Positions 8,101 to 17,548 of a stretch of DNA of 24,484 nucleotides are shown here, piece by piece. Both the position numbers and the translations under genes were made by a program. Below the pieces are notes generated by a model, which did no database searches, had not been told where the DNA came from, and worked only from the letters and a program-made list of their open reading frames with translations. The number at the start of each line of letters is the position of its first letter. The stretch's first letter is position 1. The DNA comes from Bdellovibrionota bacterium (lineage in GTDB: Bacteria; Bdellovibrionota; UBA1018; UBA923), in assembly GCA_040754655.1 (NCBI GenBank), contig JBFMCE010000058.1, positions 1-24,484 of the forward strand, in the 5' to 3' direction.

Positions 8101-9972
8101 GACTATCGAAACAGAGAACGCATTGGCTATAAAAATGCAGAAGAGTTGAAGAAAGAGCTTAAACCTTTGCTCGATGAGCTCGCCATTGGCGACAGGCTTG
8201 AATGGACGATGCGCTTCTTCTACTTCTTTGACCACAATCCTTATACGCCGGAGTGGTGGGCTTCCTGGTTTCGAAGGGCGGCGAATCATGTGAGGGTCAT
8301 TCCTTACTATTACCCGGGAACATATCCGGATGAGCATCCGCCTTCGATCCGATTGGTAAGTCAGCTCGACCTGATGGATCTGATCGTGCATGACGCGGAT
8401 TTTACCTTGAAGCGTTTTGGCCAATCAGGGTTTGGCATCATTGGCGAAGAAGAGAACTTCGCGATCAAGTATCTGACGTTGCTTGCTCAGTGCGATGACA
8501 ATATGAACCCGGCTATCGATGCCATGCGAAGGGACCTTGACTTCTTTGGTTATAAAGAAGGCTTGGCGGAGCGGTTTGGATTTTTGATCGACAAGGAAGT
8601 ACGCAGGCGCTTGTTCAATTTGAACATGATCTTTCCGGTGCTGCGCGAGCAAAACCGCGTGACAGAATTCAAGACGGCCTCGGGCGCCAAGATTTATGCC
8701 AATGACTTGGGCGTTCTTCGCGACATGTTCAAGCGCATTTTGAGCGCGACCCCGCCCTCAGACCGAAACAACTATTCCGAGGAAAAGAACAGCTTGATCG
8801 TCGTGACCAAGCTTGTTTCATTCAGCCTGTTGCGAAATGCCGGACCGAATATCTGGTTTCTGAACGAGAACCCACGGCCGGGAACGCGGATCCACGGAGA
8901 GGATGATGATGGCCGCAACCGTCACGTCGTTCCCAATGAGATCTCTCACATCCTCGGTATCGTCATTGATTCGATGGTCAAGAAAGAGTCGGGAGTGCGC
9001 ACGCTCAACCCTGACATGCTTGCGGTGACCTCGCATCTTATACGGGAGGATTGCGATAAAACCAAACCTCAGTACCGAAACCTGCCTTGTGTCTTGCCCA
9101 AGGGAAAAGATCCAAGGAGTTTCGACGAACGTTACGTTTTCATAGGAAAGCTTGTCGATCAGATCTTTGAATGGATCAAAGACGATGACAGATTAGAAGA
9201 TCAAGGAAAGCCGAGGGTCATGACCCTGATAAAACGGGCGGGTTATGATCTTACCATTTTGATCCATCGGCTCGCCCAAGGAAATAAGAACAAAAGAGCT
9301 GAGCTCATGGCGCGCTTTGGTGCTGCGCTTAGGCCCTGGCTAGCTACTTCGGAAGGAGTCGCGCTTTTGGGCGATAATCTTGATCTCATCGAGGATCTTA
9401 TCAAGAATCCCGACTCGATCCATTTTGTCGAACAGCTTTTGAGAGCAGAGTTCAGCGATCAAAAGCGAGACGGCGCCGAATACAAAGACCGAACGGCTTT
9501 TTCAGAGTTCAGGGAATTGACGGTCGATATTGTGGGTGAGTTGGCCAAAAATGAGGCGGCGCTAAGCGGGATGGCTCGTGATGTGGTGGCGCGCGTCGCG
9601 GTAAGTCCTGATTTTGAAGCCTTTGGAAATGCGCTCGATTGGTTGGAGGCAGACCCAGAATACATCGATTTTAGGCATAAGGTCTCTGACCGAGTGGTGA
9701 GGCAGGTCGTGCGTTGGCTTCCTAAAGATTCGGCGCCTCGCCAATCGCGTACCTTGCGGCCTCGGTTGCAGCAATATCTGGGTACCCATTTGGGCAATGG
9801 CGATATGCGTAATCTGATTCTTTTCATCGGCGAGGAGTCGAGCGGAACGCGAAAGGATGTTTTTTACGAGCATCTTCGCTTCTTGGGCGATCGCAGTTAC
9901 GTGAACAAACTGAATGATTTTCTTGATTTGCTGCGCTCAGGAATTGTAGACGTTTATCCTTCGAGACGCTAA
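5179..9972 (+). CDS. Very large (1597 aa) uncharacterised probable lipoprotein
   Basis: Uninterrupted 4.8-kb ORF; basic N-terminus, hydrophobic stretch and lipobox-like SLWG-C (Cys24); mostly amphipathic helical sequence; several closely spaced Cys pairs; no catalytic motif recognised. ORF is certain, lipoprotein call is moderate. Confidence 0.8.
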   Translation: MRSGGLTKQLGRAVLVAVVSLWGCSSSVFTGDKGSELDHLKKARESQINKACFGMNLSGPTLDVRTARSLIHCLNANGSLQEYQELIDSMSDEQVGSLNEVVNELVLTNNLRLKLIDKSFDQMDAQGLLDRSFQELSKIFVRGKMIRNGLKLVRQTVSETGPPGSAPKRKLDPSVLASIRILTQEISGGENGRYTSATFRKNLARALDLSISTTSSKSYDALVRGLRTGLTTSPFTLEYFSRLSWEYVKNKIEGERPLAKILLWGMEDNSILEAFDHYYTRQCDNLPPSKCPANQSVQLDLDHQVRAMESFMRILTFDEKETILDSMVELYRTMDAPIECMGGTKKIPNADLYVMDEFLKRAPLDVPQWSIRTNMLKMKLANSMCKFPNGAFGTNFNDLVNVLKKLAVYTERDPSGNVVSQGRPLVTVAHFLRALEVGEKLPMSSLARADLGRYMRYSEDERYRRFLIDWIGDRNQQVNIYTHLADTVGELARAERAALGNALYLLNVAAPDSQDRVDLRKAIRVLMVLRNELKVGSSQVVPGSHPTRWRSLYDVFSQALLKVEFATLYDLLSATRDLLDSPDHVVNPLLRVSRDAVLINDKNPVLDILIEMGLNAEKYERFFYTLFDVVDSDQFEGAMRKTAEMAVNGDLKVLLQGILTMFRGNTRDIPDVPTVATVLAPPSVDPSRDLSTFTRGPWNPLPPNWPLTVEGAQACVAIDVDIPFSQTGSGKWNDQMGKIASCVNANGNNIEVANLLNYGKTIEVREKKSILAFLVDLAADIIPGENLLRFRVSSNQRTLHQTIYDELSDLMTDDPSLRDMKEMNSTLPFLFGKKYCSSEKQEDSSRCASGAEHVSIFQSLFRGFSSFVGVEPQLQGVLDLAKKVVEDPKMPKSAALLYDISDDVDLIDKPIVADRRPPLVSYPLNNYPQNNYLEESIKKAIRKYLKHEPSGQEIAAIKEAYFREPLQGQLKRYRDYRNRERIGYKNAEELKKELKPLLDELAIGDRLEWTMRFFYFFDHNPYTPEWWASWFRRAANHVRVIPYYYPGTYPDEHPPSIRLVSQLDLMDLIVHDADFTLKRFGQSGFGIIGEEENFAIKYLTLLAQCDDNMNPAIDAMRRDLDFFGYKEGLAERFGFLIDKEVRRRLFNLNMIFPVLREQNRVTEFKTASGAKIYANDLGVLRDMFKRILSATPPSDRNNYSEEKNSLIVVTKLVSFSLLRNAGPNIWFLNENPRPGTRIHGEDDDGRNRHVVPNEISHILGIVIDSMVKKESGVRTLNPDMLAVTSHLIREDCDKTKPQYRNLPCVLPKGKDPRSFDERYVFIGKLVDQIFEWIKDDDRLEDQGKPRVMTLIKRAGYDLTILIHRLAQGNKNKRAELMARFGAALRPWLATSEGVALLGDNLDLIEDLIKNPDSIHFVEQLLRAEFSDQKRDGAEYKDRTAFSEFRELTVDIVGELAKNEAALSGMARDVVARVAVSPDFEAFGNALDWLEADPEYIDFRHKVSDRVVRQVVRWLPKDSAPRQSRTLRPRLQQYLGTHLGNGDMRNLILFIGEESSGTRKDVFYEHLRFLGDRSYVNKLNDFLDLLRSGIVDVYPSRR

Positions 9973-10004
9973 GATTTTGCTCTAAACCAATCGAGGTAAA
10001 ACTC

Positions 10005-10994
10005 ATGTCGATCGATGTCGCAGCTCTAACCGAACAGGTTCGTCAAAAGTCAAAGTTCGTGGATGACCTCACCAATGAGGTTTCTCTGGTTGTCGTCGGA
10101 CAACGCATGATGATTGATAGGATCTTGATGGCCTTGCTGTGCGATGGTCATATCCTGCTCGAAGGGCTCCCCGGGCTCGCCAAGACGCTGACGATCAAAA
10201 CAGTGGCCGATGCAATCAGCTCGGGTTTTCAGCGCATTCAGTTCACTCCAGACCTTTTGCCGGCTGACCTCATAGGAACCGTCATTTACAACCAACGCAC
10301 CGGTGAGTTTACGCCAAAGCTTGGGCCTATTCACTCGAACATCGTGCTTGCCGACGAAATCAACCGCGCACCGGCAAAGGTTCAAAGCGCGCTGCTTGAG
10401 GCAATGGCGGAAAAACAAGTGACCATCGCCGATCAAACTTACCATCTAAAGGATCCGTTCATTGTTTTGGCGACCCAAAACCCTATTGAACAAGAAGGCA
10501 CGTATCCTTTGCCGGAAGCGCAAATGGATCGCTTCATGTTCAAGGTGAAGGTGAGTTATCCGACGCTCGCCGAAGAAAAGGCCATCTTGAACCGAATGAC
10601 TTCTTTTCAAACACCGAAGGCCAAGAAAGTCATTCCGAGCGAGACTTTATTGGAAGCGCGCGAATTGGTTTCAAAAATCTACATGGACGAGAAGATCAAG
10701 GACTATATCCTCTCGATCGTGTTTGCGAGTCGCTTTCCAGAGAAGTACGGGCTCTCTGATTTGAAATCGATGATCCAAGTCGGCGCAAGTCCGAGGGCGA
10801 CGATCTTTCTTGCCAAGGCGGCTCGAGCAAGCGCGTTCCTCTCGCATCGCGGGTTCGTGACCCCTGAAGACATTAAAACGATTGCCTTTGATATCCTTCG
10901 CCACCGCATCATGGTGACCTATGAAGCGGAAGCGGATCAGCTGACGAGTGATGCGGTGATCAAACGCATTCTTGATAAAATCGAGGTGCCGTAG
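10005..10994 (+). CDS. moxR: MoxR-family AAA+ ATPase (MoxR-proper type)
   Basis: [14 protein letters not shown] (Walker A), [23 protein letters not shown] (Walker B), [27 protein letters not shown] upstream. Confidence 0.96.
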   Translation: MSIDVAALTEQVRQKSKFVDDLTNEVSLVVVGQRMMIDRILMALLCDGHILLEGLPGLAKTLTIKTVADAISSGFQRIQFTPDLLPADLIGTVIYNQRTGEFTPKLGPIHSNIVLADEINRAPAKVQSALLEAMAEKQVTIADQTYHLKDPFIVLATQNPIEQEGTYPLPEAQMDRFMFKVKVSYPTLAEEKAILNRMTSFQTPKAKKVIPSETLLEARELVSKIYMDEKIKDYILSIVFASRFPEKYGLSDLKSMIQVGASPRATIFLAKAARASAFLSHRGFVTPEDIKTIAFDILRHRIMVTYEAEADQLTSDAVIKRILDKIEVP

Positions 10995-10999
10995 TCGCC

Positions 11000-11878
11000 A
11001 TGGCCGAGAAATCAAAAGAGATCTTGAGCAAAGTTCGGCGCATTGAGATCTCTACCCGGAAAATCGTGGAAACGATGCTTTCTGGCCAGTATCACACCAG
11101 ATTTAAGGGCCAGGGAATGCAGTTCTCTGACTTTCGCGAGTATTACCCGGGCGACGACATCCGCCACATCGATTGGAAAGTCACTGCCAGGACCCAAGCC
11201 GCTCACATCAAGAAATTTGAGGAAGAAAGAGATCTGACGGTCTACTTATTGGTGGACGTAAGCGGCAGCAGGGACTTTGGTTCGAAAGACAAAACCAAAG
11301 GCGAAGCCTTGGCCGAGGTTTGCGCGCTCTTGGCTTTCGCAGCAGTTCGTAACAATGATCGCGTGGGATTGGTGTTGTTTTCAGATCGCATCGAGAAACA
11401 CATACCGCCAAAGAAGGGCCGGGGCCATGCGATGCGTTTAGTCACCGAGATCTTGTTCTTCCAACCTAAAGGCAGGTCGACCGATATCGGCTTAGCGCTT
11501 GATTATTATAGCGAGGTCATGAAACACGCCGGAGTGGTTTTCTTGGCGAGCGACTTCTACGACAAGGGTTATGACCGTGCATTGCGCCGCGTGGGGCGTA
11601 AGCATGATTTCATCGCTTTGCGGATGCGTGACTTGCGTGAACAGGAAGTCCCGGCTTTGGGAAAGTTTGAGATGCAAGATTCAGAGAGCGGAGAGATCTT
11701 CTGGGTGGATACGTCTTCTTACGCTTTTCAGACCCGCTTCAAGTCTGAAAAGACGAAATTTGAACACGAGCTGGCTACGACATTCACTCAAGCTGAGGTT
11801 GACCGGCTCGACTTGTGGACGCACGAGGACTATTTTTCAAAGGTCGTTTCTTTTTTCCGCAAGCGAAAGCGAAGGTAA
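11000..11878 (+). CDS. DUF58 (VWA-like) protein
   Basis: G.GMQFSDFREYYPGDDIRHIDWKVTAR, FEEER, LVDVSGS, NDRVGL, SDF; canonical position after moxR. Confidence 0.95.
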   Translation: MAEKSKEILSKVRRIEISTRKIVETMLSGQYHTRFKGQGMQFSDFREYYPGDDIRHIDWKVTARTQAAHIKKFEEERDLTVYLLVDVSGSRDFGSKDKTKGEALAEVCALLAFAAVRNNDRVGLVLFSDRIEKHIPPKKGRGHAMRLVTEILFFQPKGRSTDIGLALDYYSEVMKHAGVVFLASDFYDKGYDRALRRVGRKHDFIALRMRDLREQEVPALGKFEMQDSESGEIFWVDTSSYAFQTRFKSEKTKFEHELATTFTQAEVDRLDLWTHEDYFSKVVSFFRKRKRR

Positions 11879-11883
11879 AAGAA

Positions 11884-12855
11884 GTGAAACGTCGCGCTCA
11901 AACAAAGGCATCACTGCTCATCTTCATGATGTTTTTTTTGCTTGGCGCAAGTCCGTCGCCGAGCCCCCTGCCCGAGGTGAAGACTGAACTCGCCGTTCGA
12001 GCAAGCAAAGGAGCCAACGCACCCACCGCCGGCGACTTGGTCGAGCTGACCCTTACCGTGCCGCCGGATTTAAACGGCAACGCCTCTCAACCCGAAATGG
12101 CGGAGGCGCTCAAAGACGGCCCGAAAGAATGGGGAAACGGGCGCATTTTGTGGTGGAAGCGTTCCGAGGCAGACTCGGGCCGGATTCAATTGGGGCTCAC
12201 GACTTATTCTCCCGGGATGTTTGAGATCCCGCCAATCACTTTCTTAAGAGACGGGAAGCCCGCGTTTCGTACGCAGCAGCAGCAAGTTCAATTCGGTTCT
12301 ATCGGAGGAGACAAGAGTAAGGATGATATCTATCCTCCGGAGCCGGTCGGTTTTCCTCGTTGGGTGTGGATCGTCATTGGTCTGTTTTGCTTAGCGCTGG
12401 TTTTGAGCGTGATTTGGCTTATCGCCAGGTGGAATGCGCGCCAGAAGAGCAAACGAGCCGAGTTTGAGAAGGCACCTCGAGTCCTTGATCCGCTTGAAGA
12501 GTTTGAACAGGCGCGGGCTCGGCTTGAAAAGCGCGATCTGCTGAGGGAGCAGAAATACAAGCCTCATTATTTCGGGATTAGCGAGGCCGCAAAGCGGTTC
12601 CTGGGCAAATCTTTTCAGTTTGATGCCGAGGAGAGCACGACCCGGGAGCTATTGAGGGAACTTGAAGGTTTTGGCTTGTCGCAAGATCTCGTGGCGAAGT
12701 GGAAGTCGATCTTGGAGGAAATGGACATCACCAAGTTTACGGACCGGACGCCGGACCACGCTAGCGCGCAAAGCCTTCCGTCGAGGATTTCGGAACTAGT
12801 CGCTGTGACCTACCAGGCAAGCCCTGCGCGACGAGAACGAGAGGCAAGGCCATGA
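11884..12855 (+). CDS. Bat-operon membrane accessory protein (signal peptide, beta domain, one TM helix, cytoplasmic helical domain)
   Basis: Start reassigned to GTG 11884 (AAGGT upstream, 5 nt after DUF58 stop), giving a signal peptide MKRRAQTKASLLIFMMFFLLGA. TM WVWIVIGLFCLALVLSVIWLI; C-terminal AEESTTRELL...DITKF pattern typical of the gene between DUF58 and batA. Confidence 0.8.
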   Translation: MKRRAQTKASLLIFMMFFLLGASPSPSPLPEVKTELAVRASKGANAPTAGDLVELTLTVPPDLNGNASQPEMAEALKDGPKEWGNGRILWWKRSEADSGRIQLGLTTYSPGMFEIPPITFLRDGKPAFRTQQQQVQFGSIGGDKSKDDIYPPEPVGFPRWVWIVIGLFCLALVLSVIWLIARWNARQKSKRAEFEKAPRVLDPLEEFEQARARLEKRDLLREQKYKPHYFGISEAAKRFLGKSFQFDAEESTTRELLRELEGFGLSQDLVAKWKSILEEMDITKFTDRTPDHASAQSLPSRISELVAVTYQASPARREREARP

Positions 12856-13865
12856 AGTTCAAGCATCCGGGCTTTCTCCTTCTCCTCGTTCCGCTGATAT
12901 GGGTGGTAGCGAAAGCTTACTTGGCGGCGCTCAAGGGAAAGTACGCCGGTCACATCTCAGTGCCTTGGAAAAACTTATGGCAAGAAAGGCCTCAAACCGG
13001 AAGGCGTATTTCTCCTCGTTTTTGGCCCGCCTTTTTTTACGCGCTTTCGTGCGCATTCTTCATTATCGCCCTTGCGAGGCCTCAGACGAGCTTCAATAAG
13101 ATCAAACGCAATGTCGAAGGCATCGATATCATGATCGTGCTCGACCTTTCGGCGAGCATGCGCATCGAAGACTTTAGAGACCGCAATCGCATGGAGGTGG
13201 CCAAACCCATCATCCGGCAGTTCATCGACTGGCGCGCGAATGATAAGATTGGCTTTCAAGTCTTCTCAGGCGAGGCAGTGACGTTGGTGCCCCCGACGCT
13301 TGACCACGCCATTATCTTGCGCGCCATAGAAGACGCTCAAATCGGCGATTTGAAAGACGGTACGGCGATTGGCGATGCCCTTTCGACCGCGGTGGGCAGG
13401 CTTAAGGAAAGCAAAGCGAAAACGCGGGTCATCGTGCTTTTGACCGACGGCGATAGCAATGTCGGAAGCATCGACCCGCTCACTGCTGGCGAGCTGGCTA
13501 AAGGATTCGGAATCAAGATTTACAGCGTTGCGATCGGGAGGGACGGAAGGGTCGCCATGCCCTTCGTTCAGAAAGATTTCATGGGCCGTCAAGTGAAGAC
13601 TTACCAATATTTTGACAGCTCGATCAACCCAGATATCCCGCGGCAAATCTCGACGATGACGGGCGGGAAATTTTATCGTGTTCAAGACAGCGCCGAAGAC
13701 TTGAAGGACGCCTTTGCTGAGATCGATCGCCTTGAGAAATCGCAAATCGAAACCACAGAGCAAGTGCGCTATGAAGAGAAGTTCATGCGATTTGTTTGGT
13801 TCGGGATGGCGCTTTTCCTCGTTGGTTTTTTGATGCAGCACTGGGCGATGAGGGTCTTCCCATGA
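12852..13865 (+). CDS. batA: BatA-type membrane VWA protein
   Basis: N-terminal F.HP..LLLL and IIALARPQ double-TM; MIDAS DLSAS; GTAIGDAL; LLTDG; C-terminal TM. ATGA overlap with the previous gene. Confidence 0.92.
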   Translation: MKFKHPGFLLLLVPLIWVVAKAYLAALKGKYAGHISVPWKNLWQERPQTGRRISPRFWPAFFYALSCAFFIIALARPQTSFNKIKRNVEGIDIMIVLDLSASMRIEDFRDRNRMEVAKPIIRQFIDWRANDKIGFQVFSGEAVTLVPPTLDHAIILRAIEDAQIGDLKDGTAIGDALSTAVGRLKESKAKTRVIVLLTDGDSNVGSIDPLTAGELAKGFGIKIYSVAIGRDGRVAMPFVQKDFMGRQVKTYQYFDSSINPDIPRQISTMTGGKFYRVQDSAEDLKDAFAEIDRLEKSQIETTEQVRYEEKFMRFVWFGMALFLVGFLMQHWAMRVFP

Positions 13866-15625
13866 GGTTTTTCAATCCGCAGGCGCTCTGGCTTTGCCTT
13901 CTCGCGGTAGTTTTGCCGCTGCTTTGGGCTTATTTCGAGAAGAAGTCTCGGCTCAGGCTTTTGAAGTTCGCTTCTACTGCGTTGCTAGAAAGGCTTGTCG
14001 TGGGAACGAGCTTGCGAAAGAAAAAGCTTCGCCTCGCTTTCGGGGTGACGTCGATGCTGCTTGCAGCCGCGGCGCTTGCGAGACCTCAACTGGGGACTCG
14101 GGAAGAAGTGATGCAGTCTCAAGGACTGGACATGGTTTTCTTGCTCGATGTTTCGAACAGCATGCTGGCGGAAGACATCGTCCCCAACCGGTTGAAAAAA
14201 GCCAAACACATGCTGAAGAACTTCGTTGATCGTCTTTCGGGCGACCGGGTGGGCATAGTGGCCTTTGCCGGATCAGCGTACCCGGCGGTTCCTTTGACCA
14301 CCGACTATGATTTCGTGAAACAGATGCTCGAAGTTCTTGATGAGACCGCGGTTTCAAATCAAGGCAGCAATCTTGAAAAAGCTCTGGAGGTCGCGACAGA
14401 ACTGCTGCTCAGGGGCGGAATGAATGATTCTACCGAGGAAGAGGGCGGAGCCAACGACTCTGGAAATTCAAGCCGGATCATCGTCGTGCTGAGCGACGGC
14501 GAGGCAACCGATAGCGGCGAGTCTGAATGGCTTTCTCGGGCGAAAAAACTGAACATCCGGGTTTATGCGATCGGGATCGGCAGCATGAAGGGCGCGCCCA
14601 TTCCCATGCGGGATCAGGGCGGGTTTTTAAGAGGTTACAAGCGCGATGCGACGGGGGCGATGGTGCACTCGCGACTTGAGACAAAGAACCTCGAGTCAAT
14701 GGCTAGCAAGCTCGGAGGGAAGTTCTTCGTCGCTTCGTCAAACGAAGGGGAGATCGAGGAGATCGTAGGCGAACTTGGCAGCATGGATCGCGCGATCGGA
14801 GAAAACAGGCGGGTGATTGTTTACGATGAAGCCTTTCAATATCCGCTCGCGCTTGCCGTCGTTCTTCTTTTGATGATGGTGTTTTTGCCTGAAAAGAACG
14901 GGACAAAAGCGCAAGTCTCTGTCATGGCCTTTCTTTCCCTGCTGTTTTTGCAACCCGTAGCGGCCCGGGCGACAAATTCAATTTCAGAATTCAATCACAC
15001 AAAAAAAGGGGTCGAAGCTTATAACGATAAAGATTATTCTTCGGCCATACAGCATTTTGGGAAGGCGCAAGCCCTTCACCCGGATTCCCCGCAACAGCAC
15101 TTGAATCTGGGCGACGCGTTGCTGAAGTCAGGCAGTGTTGAAGCGGCAATCCCTGAGTTTGAACAAGTCTTGAAGAGCAAGGATACCAACGAGGCTGCCA
15201 GGGGGGCATACAATCTCGGCAAGGCTTTTGAAGCAAAAAAAGATTACGAAGGGGCTCTGCGGTCTTACCAAAAAGGCCTTGAACGTCTGCGAGAAGATCA
15301 GGAAAACGCTGATCCCGAGATTGAGCGAAGGCTGAAAAGGGCTTTAGAAGTCGCTCAGCAACAAAAACAGCAGCAGAGTCAGGATCAAGACCGGAGCAAA
15401 GGCGATCAGGGCGAAGGAAATCCCAAAGATGATGAGAAGGAAAAACAGCAGAAGAATTATCAAATCCCAAAACAGAAGCCTAAATTCCAGGCAGAGAAAT
15501 TAAGCGAGCAAGACGCAAAGCGTATCTTGCAGCAATTGCGTGAGGAGGAAAAGAAATCACAGCAAAGGGTCTTGAGAAACAAGACAGGGCGTCCGAAGGA
15601 TGATAAAAATCATAAAGATTGGTAA
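13862..15625 (+). CDS. batB: BatB-type VWA protein fused to BatC-like TPR domain
   Basis: Start reassigned to ATG 13862 (ATGA overlap with batA stop): MRFFNPQALWL..ALARPQ; MIDAS DVSNSM; PNRL..AK; GDRVGIVAFAG; PLTTDY; LSDGE; then TPR repeats (HLNLGDALLK, AYNLGKA), Q/K/E-rich linker and terminal KDW. Confidence 0.9.
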   Translation: MRFFNPQALWLCLLAVVLPLLWAYFEKKSRLRLLKFASTALLERLVVGTSLRKKKLRLAFGVTSMLLAAAALARPQLGTREEVMQSQGLDMVFLLDVSNSMLAEDIVPNRLKKAKHMLKNFVDRLSGDRVGIVAFAGSAYPAVPLTTDYDFVKQMLEVLDETAVSNQGSNLEKALEVATELLLRGGMNDSTEEEGGANDSGNSSRIIVVLSDGEATDSGESEWLSRAKKLNIRVYAIGIGSMKGAPIPMRDQGGFLRGYKRDATGAMVHSRLETKNLESMASKLGGKFFVASSNEGEIEEIVGELGSMDRAIGENRRVIVYDEAFQYPLALAVVLLLMMVFLPEKNGTKAQVSVMAFLSLLFLQPVAARATNSISEFNHTKKGVEAYNDKDYSSAIQHFGKAQALHPDSPQQHLNLGDALLKSGSVEAAIPEFEQVLKSKDTNEAARGAYNLGKAFEAKKDYEGALRSYQKGLERLREDQENADPEIERRLKRALEVAQQQKQQQSQDQDRSKGDQGEGNPKDDEKEKQQKNYQIPKQKPKFQAEKLSEQDAKRILQQLREEEKKSQQRVLRNKTGRPKDDKNHKDW

Positions 15626-15634
15626 AATCGTGCA

Positions 15635-17539
15635 ATGCAGCCCATAACCGAATGCCCCCGCAATTCATCTCGCAATAAGCACTCGCCAAAGGAAAATACG
15701 ATCTGGTTTTTCTTGTCGTTCGCATTGGCTTTGATGCCGTGTTTTTCGGCGAAAGCGTCAGGCGCTCAGATCTTAGCCACGCCCAGTTCCACGGAGATCA
15801 CTGAAGACGAGAACCTGTCTATTGAATTCAAGGTGATCATCGAGGGGATGGGCGGAAAAGTCGGCAAGCCAGCTTATAAGGCGCCCGACTTTGACGAGGT
15901 AAACATCTACTCGAGCAGCCAGAGCGTGGAATCAAGATTCATCAATGGGCAACTCACGGTGAGAAAAACCCAGAACATCATCAGCGTACTGCATCCCAAG
16001 CGTGCTGGGACGCTCATGATCTCTGACATCAAGGTTGACGTCGATGGCAAGCTTGTCCGTGCCCCCGATATTGAGGTGAGGGTGCATCCGGCAGGCACCC
16101 GCTTGGCGGGAAAGGGGGGGGCGAGCGCTCAATACCCGCAACGAGGGCAAATGCCTTCGAGCGGGCTCAGTTCGAACAGCGCGCAGGCGGGCACTTTTTT
16201 TCTAAGGGCCGAGCCTAGTAAACTAAAAGCATTTAAAGGCGAGCAAATCCTTTTGACTTACGCCTTGTACACGAAGGTTCAAGTCCTCAACATCCAAGTA
16301 GAACGATACCCGAATATCTCAGGCTTCCTGAAAGAAGACATGGATATCCCGCTGCTCAGAGGCCACCTTGATTACAGCCCTAGCGTCGTGAACGGACAGG
16401 AATACCGAAGGGCTGTGCTCGCTCAATATGCGATTTACCCCTTGAAGGAAGGAAAGTTGCCTGTCGACGCCTTCACCGGAAAGTTCAGCTTCCAGGCGGG
16501 CATGAGGGCTTTTTCCGATGATGATGATCCCTTCGGGATGCTCAATCAATTTTTTCGCGCGATGCAAACCACAACCGCCACGCGTTCAAGCGACAGAATA
16601 ACGATCGAAGTCCTTCCTTTGCCGGGCGAGGGACAGCCGCAAGGATTCTCGGGCCTCGTAGGTGATTTTGACATCACGGCCATGGTCGACAAGTATTCGA
16701 CGAAAGTGGGCGAACCGATCAATGTGAAGGTGAAGATCGAGGGGAAAGGTCATGCCGGAAGTCTAGAGAGCCTCAATGTAAAGTGGCCCGCCGACTTTGA
16801 GCTTTATGAAGACAAGTCTCACACTCAATTCTTAAAGACCGGCCATTCTGAACGCCTATTTGAGTACATGCTCATTCCTAAAGTGAAAGGCAGCTTTGAA
16901 GTAGCTCCCATTGAAGTGAGTATGTTCAATCCGGAAAGCAAGAATTATCAGGTCCGCAAGACCGAACCTCTTAAAAACGAAGTGCTTGAAGGTACGGTCG
17001 GGAATATTTACGTCGCAAAAGAAAAGGCTACAGGACAATCGAAAACCCGCGACGACATTCGTTATTGGATGTCAGAAGCGCCCTCTCAGGGTTTTGCGAT
17101 GCTTTGGCTTTGGGTTTCTCGTGGAATAGTCATGGCGACCACTCTGTTTGCAGCGCTTGGATTGTGGTCGATCAGCGGAAACAAAGAGGATGCTCTTCGG
17201 AGCAGCCGCAAGCAACGGGGACAAGCGATTCGAGCTAGAGCCGCTGCATTGCAGAGTGCGCAGCTTTCGGCGGTTGAAGCTTTAGGCAAGGTTGAGACGG
17301 TATTGGGTGAGCTCATCGAGTTTCGCTATGGAATTCAGATCGGTTCGCTCACCCGCGCTGAGATTCGAGAGGCTTTGGCCGGGCGAGGTCCAAAAGATGA
17401 GGGAATGGCCAAGAGAGTCGAGGCTCTCTTGGAACTGTGTGAAAACTCTCGGTATATGCCTGGTGGAGCAACCCCTGTTGCGGCTCAACAAGCCGCGGAT
17501 GAACTGGGGAAATTGGTTGAGTTGATGTCTCTGACTTAG
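15635..17539 (+). CDS. batD: BatD-family protein
   Basis: Signal-like segment, repeated beta-sandwich units ending I.V.PLP, 'F.GLVGDF.I' and 'GEPI.VKV.IEG.G' motifs, FEYMLIP, one TM and a C-terminal helical domain; position after batB/C. Exact start uncertain (weak RBS). Confidence 0.88.
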   Translation: MQPITECPRNSSRNKHSPKENTIWFFLSFALALMPCFSAKASGAQILATPSSTEITEDENLSIEFKVIIEGMGGKVGKPAYKAPDFDEVNIYSSSQSVESRFINGQLTVRKTQNIISVLHPKRAGTLMISDIKVDVDGKLVRAPDIEVRVHPAGTRLAGKGGASAQYPQRGQMPSSGLSSNSAQAGTFFLRAEPSKLKAFKGEQILLTYALYTKVQVLNIQVERYPNISGFLKEDMDIPLLRGHLDYSPSVVNGQEYRRAVLAQYAIYPLKEGKLPVDAFTGKFSFQAGMRAFSDDDDPFGMLNQFFRAMQTTTATRSSDRITIEVLPLPGEGQPQGFSGLVGDFDITAMVDKYSTKVGEPINVKVKIEGKGHAGSLESLNVKWPADFELYEDKSHTQFLKTGHSERLFEYMLIPKVKGSFEVAPIEVSMFNPESKNYQVRKTEPLKNEVLEGTVGNIYVAKEKATGQSKTRDDIRYWMSEAPSQGFAMLWLWVSRGIVMATTLFAALGLWSISGNKEDALRSSRKQRGQAIRARAAALQSAQLSAVEALGKVETVLGELIEFRYGIQIGSLTRAEIREALAGRGPKDEGMAKRVEALLELCENSRYMPGGATPVAAQQAADELGKLVELMSLT

Positions 17540-17548
17540 CCCGCGAAG

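Noticed and set aside
11815..11883. Longer ORF-track starts (11815; likewise 13796, 17700, 21022, 22469, 22548)
   Set aside because: Downstream starts have better RBS spacing, stop/start coupling or restore family-typical N-termini.
15600..15647. Stop read-through fusing batB/C to in-frame batD, or an overlapping MIKIIKIG.. start needing a frameshift
   Set aside because: The stop is TAA after the family-typical KDW end and batD has its own ATG and signal-like segment; the alternative frame closes after 15 codons and no slippery site is evident.
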